Shown here: positions 58,976 to 64,000 of the stretch, one piece after another
How the letters are laid out: every line of letters begins with the position of its first letter
Numbering within the stretch: the stretch's first letter is position 1
Origin: Octopus bimaculoides
Taxonomy: Eukaryota
Length of the DNA stretch: 64,000 nucleotides
Direction: 5' to 3'
NCBI RefSeq assembly: GCF_001194135.2
Contig: NC_068982.1
Location: forward strand, 129,539,062-129,603,061
The notes under the pieces: generated by a model
What the model was told of the DNA's origin: nothing
What the model saw: only the letters and a program-made list of their open reading frames with translations
Database searches by the model: none
Translations under genes and position numbers: made by a program

Positions 58976-60600
58976 AGCTTTTTTCTGTACCAAACCAAAC
59001 CTAACTCTACAGTTTAAACAAAATTGAGCTCAGAGAAATAACTCAAAAGAGCCAATATGTATTTGAATAGCATAAATACATACAGGTATATCAAATACCA
59101 TACAACATAAGTTCCTGATTTAATTGTTTAATTAAATTCCTGATAAAATTATCTCTGCCGCTAGAGAATGTATTATAATTGCCAAAAGATGGACTTACTT
59201 CTTCATGTGCCAAGCTGCAAGCCTACTAACTAGTTTAAGTTAATTTTTGCTCTTAGTACTGTCTCATATTTAGTGTTGTGCCAAACTCCTAGACCACCAA
59301 GCTATCTGATACCATTACAACAACAATCACATACATCACTAATTTACCATCTGAATCTATGAAAAATGTCTTTACCTTGTGAATAAAACCTTCTTAAAAC
59401 AAAACATACAGGCCAACTAAAAAATGCTTACATCTAATAATCATTGAAGATGGATGAGAGTGTATATATCCTGGAAATCTTGACCCCAGTGGTGGCTACA
59501 ACAGCTATGTTTAGTGACCTGAGGTTATTGAGGAAAAAAATTGAATGTAAACAAGAAAATTTCTTTCTGTGTATGTGACCAATATTTGAATATATTTTAT
59601 ACCACTATTATAGTCTTTAACATCTGATAGGTACATATTGGTACGCCTTATGCATGGACATTGTATTTTCTGTGTGTAATTGATCAACATATGACATGTT
59701 GAGTAAAACAAAATTTAAAAAGAAAAATGAAAAAAAAACATACTTTTCATTTTGTTCAGTCACCATTGAAACAAAAAAAATAATAATATTTGGATTGATT
59801 TCCATACAGCAGACAATCAAACAAACAAACATGATAAAAACAGTGACACCTAGGGGTTTTTGTTGTTGTTGTTGTTGTTGTTGTTAATACAAGTGAATAA
59901 TGGAGATAATGCATTAGACAGTTAACGTAAAATTAAATTGCTTAGAATTTTTTAAACAAGTATGAAGCTGTTTTTTAATCATTGAAAACATATGTCACCC
60001 TTAAATTCATATTCAAGGATAAAAATGCTGGAAGAACATATACGATATATTAACACCCTGTTCATTGTGTTATTACTGTTTTTGCAGTTGCCTGTTATAT
60101 TTCTGCACATGCATATAACATGAACCCAATTTCTTTTAACAAGAGGATATTGTATTTTATGTTTACTTACTTGGCTTTTCATTTTTATGGCTTGTAAATA
60201 ACATGTGAGTTATTGGAAATTTTGTTAGCCTGTAATGAAGAAAGTAACTGAATATTTATTTCCGATTAACAAAGCAAGCAAATTATTATTAAATTAAAAT
60301 GTAAAACAAAAAAGATTTAAGATTGAAATTAAAATGAAACCCTAATAATTGTCTGGATTGATATTCGTTATCTTTATCTTTTACTTGTTTCAGTTATTGG
60401 ACTATGGCCATGCTGGAGCACTGCCTTGAAGGGATAGTCAAACTAATTGATCCCAGTACTTATTTTTTTAGTATGGTACTTATTTTATTAGTCTCTTTTG
60501 TCAAACTACAAGGATACATGGATGTAAACAAACCAACACTGGTTTTCAGGTGGTGCTTGTGGTGGTGGTAGTGTTGGGGAAAAACACAAACATATACAAA

Positions 60601-61490
60601 CATGGTCTAATCAATAAGTATCCAGATTGTTGTTGCCGTAGTAACGAAGCTGAAGCACCCACAGTGAAGCCACTTGGCATAGATTGACCTTGAACACTGT
60701 TGGGCATGTGCACTAAGTTTTAATGTTCTTGTTCACTTCCACTGTTTACAGCAGTGCCTGGAAGGAAGGTGTGTAGCGTGTGATTATTGCACTGACCATG
60801 ATAGAGAAAGTTGAGCAGAGAATTTGCATTCAATTTTGCCAAAGGTTTGGCAATACCTGCTCAGAGGCCTACATAAAGTTTTCATCGTTTTCAACACAAT
60901 CAAGGAGATCTTGTGCAACTGAAACCTGAGTGTCTTTTTGGTCAGCTGAAAGCAGTTTTAGCACAAACTTGGCAGATATGCATCTCGTCCCCAAATCTTC
61001 TGTGATAATGGACTGAACTGAACCATAACTAATCTGCACATCCTCTGATAACTCACAGATAGTGATTTGATGATTTCCTCTCACAGCTTCACGCACATCT
61101 GCAATGTTTTTCTCAGTTCTGCTGGTTGCGGGTCTCCCAGAATGTTCGTCAATATCGACATTTTTTCTGCCACCTTGGAAATGTCTGAAGCACTTATACA
61201 CTTGTATGTGGCTCATACACTCCTCTCCATACACTTTCTGCAACTTTGAATAGGCCTCTGATCAGGTATCGCCGTGACAGCTTTCTCTGTCATGGTCAAT
61301 GTGACGATCACACAACACTACACATCTTCCTTCCAAGCACTACTGTAAACAGTGGAAGTGAGCTAGAATGTTAAAACTTAATGCATATGCACAGCAGTGT
61401 TCAAGGTCAATCTGTACCAAGTGGCTTCACTTTACATGCTTTAGCTTTGTTATTATACTAACAATCCGGATACTTATTGATCAGACCTTG
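60601..61490 (-). mobile_element. Rearranged mariner derivative with two 5' ends; truncated transposase ORF 60869-61243
   Basis: TIR (ta)caaggtctgatcaataagtatccgg at the right end and a degenerate copy at the left. ORF has mariner HTH features (HSGRPATS, ITICELSEDVQISYGSVQSII, SAKFVLKLL for WVPRLL). Confidence 0.85.
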
Positions 61491-62329
61491 TACATATATG
61501 ACTATATATAATATTTTGAAACATATATATATATATTTTTAGCCACTCCAATTATTCTCTCCATCACTTGCTATCTCTACAGCCACCTCAATTCTTCTCA
61601 ACATTACTTGCTATCTCTGCTATTTCTAAACATCTCCCCTCACATTCTTATGGAACATTCCCTCTATCCCCTCTGATTTACTTATACTACCCCCACTGCA
61701 GGTCCTCTCTCTCTCTCTTTCTCTCTCTCTCTAATTGAATCTACAAGCTCTTCTAGATTCAATTAGCTAATAATTCAGTACCCTTAATACTCAAAATCAT
61801 TTCAGGTGTTTATCAACACCCTTAGATAGCCCCAAAGACTACCATGGGTTAATATTGATCAATTTGCTGATATCTGATCTAAACCAACCAAATAATTTTT
61901 TTAAAATAGATTATATATCAAAATATTTAAAAAGTTCTATGAAATATTTTTGAAGGTAACAGCTCCCAAATTATTTTTTCCATGTTGAACATTGCAAAGC
62001 TTATTTTCAGCTTTCCCTCTATTTCTAACTAACTTCATTTGTTTTTTTTTTATTTTCAATATTTTTTGTTTGTCTTTAAAAAAAACACAAGAAGGGCAGT
62101 GATCCTGACTTCCTATGAGGACCCTGTGATTGATGGTAGGGAGGGAGGGAGGAAGGTATCCTCCAACTGGAACTTAACATTATAAGGAGAGCTCATTACT
62201 AACCACAGTTAACATAAACTTTGAGATATTCAAATGTAATTGATATCCAGATGGATTCAATGTTGCTGAGGATGTATTTCAGATATTACCTGGATGTTTG
62301 TGTTTTGGTAAATGATATTAAGTCGAAAC

Positions 62330-63095
62330 CTTTCAACATAGGTGTTGCATTTTAGTAAGGGTGTGTATTGCCACCTCTGAACTGGATTGACATGGACAGC
62401 TGTTGTGGAAGTGTATTCCAATCAGTGGATGCAGGATCAATCAGATGATATATGCAGACAACATGGCGCTGCTTGCCTCATCAAAAAGTGTTCTCCTGCG
62501 TGCACTGAATGGGCTTGCTGCTGAGTGCTGCAAGAAGAGGTGAAAATTAATGTTGCAAAGACTGTGGCAAAGGTTTTCTCAAGAAAGTCTTACCATTGCA
62601 CTGTGCATATTAGTGGGACATCACTGAGACAAGTGTTAAAGTTTAAGTATCATCACTTGTATTCACAAGTGATGGAAAGCAGGAAGCAGAATTCGATGCT
62701 AGAATTGCAGCTACTGGTTCAGTGATGTGCAAGCTCCAACATTTAATCTTGAGAAGAGGAGAGGTTTGTAAAAAGGCCAAACTCGCTATCTTCAATTTAG
62801 CTTGCGTGCCTTTCCTCACCTATGGTCATGAATGTTGGGCAATGGCTGAAAGTGTATGATTACAAATGCTAGCTGCTGAAATGGGGCTCCTCTGAAGGAT
62901 CTCTGGGAAAAAAGCTACTTGACAGGGAAGTCTCCAGGTCAAGCTGCTACTTCTCTGCATTGAGAGATGACAGCTCTAATACTTCAGACATGTAATTGGA
63001 ATGTCATAGGAAAGAATTGCTAGATGAATTTTTCAATTCAAACAAAGTGGTAGGAGACCTAGGAGTAGACCAAGAATGAGATGATTAGATGATAA
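62330..63095 (+). mobile_element. Degenerate RTE-clade RT fragment
   Basis: IYADNMALLAS, FKY, PFLTYGHECWAM..AAEMGLL..ISG, GRPRMR; many stops and frameshifts. Confidence 0.75.
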
Positions 63096-64000
63096 CCATG
63101 GTTACAATTGGTCTTACTTGAGAATCCAGCCAGAAAGTCTAATGATGGTTGCTTCTGACAGATATCTATAGAGGAAGTACCCAAGAATAGTGGGCAAGGA
63201 GGAAGGATTGAAGGATAGATGTATTTCAGAAGGAGATCAATGAGAAACCTCCCTCGGCACATGGGAATTTTGAAAGATCTAACTATTTGAAGGAAAAGTA
63301 TTAGTAATCACAACACGCTTTGTAAAGTCATATGAAGGAACCTGATTTACAAAGGTACACTTTCATAAAAGAAAAATTGTGATCGGATGGTAGAAAATTG
63401 CCTTTTTGACCATATAAAGCTTATGGTGTTTTAGATATCTAGATAGGGTTTTTAACTTTGTACATCTCAATTTTCCTATCTGTAATAAGTACATATCAGA
63501 TTTTCTCAGAACTGTATATCTAATTGACTAACATAGTGTCCAAGGGAAGATTCATCTTTCTTCCATTTAATATACAAGAACTTAAGGGGGCAAAGCTTTG
63601 CAGTTGTTTTTTTCATTTTTTTATGAAATACACAACACCTCTGGTTTTCTCTGATTTAGATATGTGATGAGATCATATTGTATGAAGAGTGATCATATTG
63701 CTTAACAGTGATGGTAACTGGGCAAAGGTAAGCCAAAAGAAGTGGAGTTAAAAAGTATAATTCATTTATGAACAAATTGGGATATAATAGAAAATAAAAG
63801 AACTTGTAACAAAAAAAGACAATTTGAAGTGAAAATATTTGTCGAATCAAAAACGTTGTGAAAACAGATATCCAATTGTAAAGATATTTTATTGAATACT
63901 TTATATTTTATTAAAGACAATCTTCTAGAAGACCTAGACATGTACAGCTTGATATATTCGACACGTTTGAAGAGGCGTTATTTTTGCAAACCTGCAGCCA

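Noticed and set aside
63911-64000. Open plus frame at the window edge (NLLEDLDMYSLIYSTRLKRRYFCKPAA)
   Set aside because: Too short and truncated to support a call.

Overview
AT-rich, repeat-dense eukaryotic genomic DNA with four assembly gaps (N runs at 20578-21227, 25499-25508, 32319-32729, 39331-39708). The repeat families look like octopus (cephalopod) repeats; this is recognition from memory, not a database search. Three protein-coding genes were reconstructed by hand from splice sites and reading frame. (1) The 3' part of GAPVD1/GAPex-5, a VPS9-domain Rab5 GEF, on + (exons 851-16073). (2) A complete 8-coding-exon DBR1 lariat debranching enzyme on - (25841-17324, 486 aa), tail-to-tail with GAPVD1. 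(3) A complete 4-coding-exon orphan gene on - (52403-47176, 504 aa): signal peptide, 6-Cys module, a stalk with more than 30 N-glycosylation sequons, and a GPI-like hydrophobic tail. The rest is introns and intergenic DNA filled with RTE, R4/Dong, CR1/L2-like and Gypsy fragments, mariner, hAT and piggyBac-like DNA elements, tRNA-derived SINEs and microsatellites. The most unusual items are two minimal hammerhead-ribozyme motifs in Penelope-type repeats, one inside a tRNA-headed, TSD-flanked SINE-like element. Also notable are a candidate Gly-rich cassette exon in GAPVD1, a 705-bp palindrome, a multi-hairpin foldback element and a mariner with two 5' ends.
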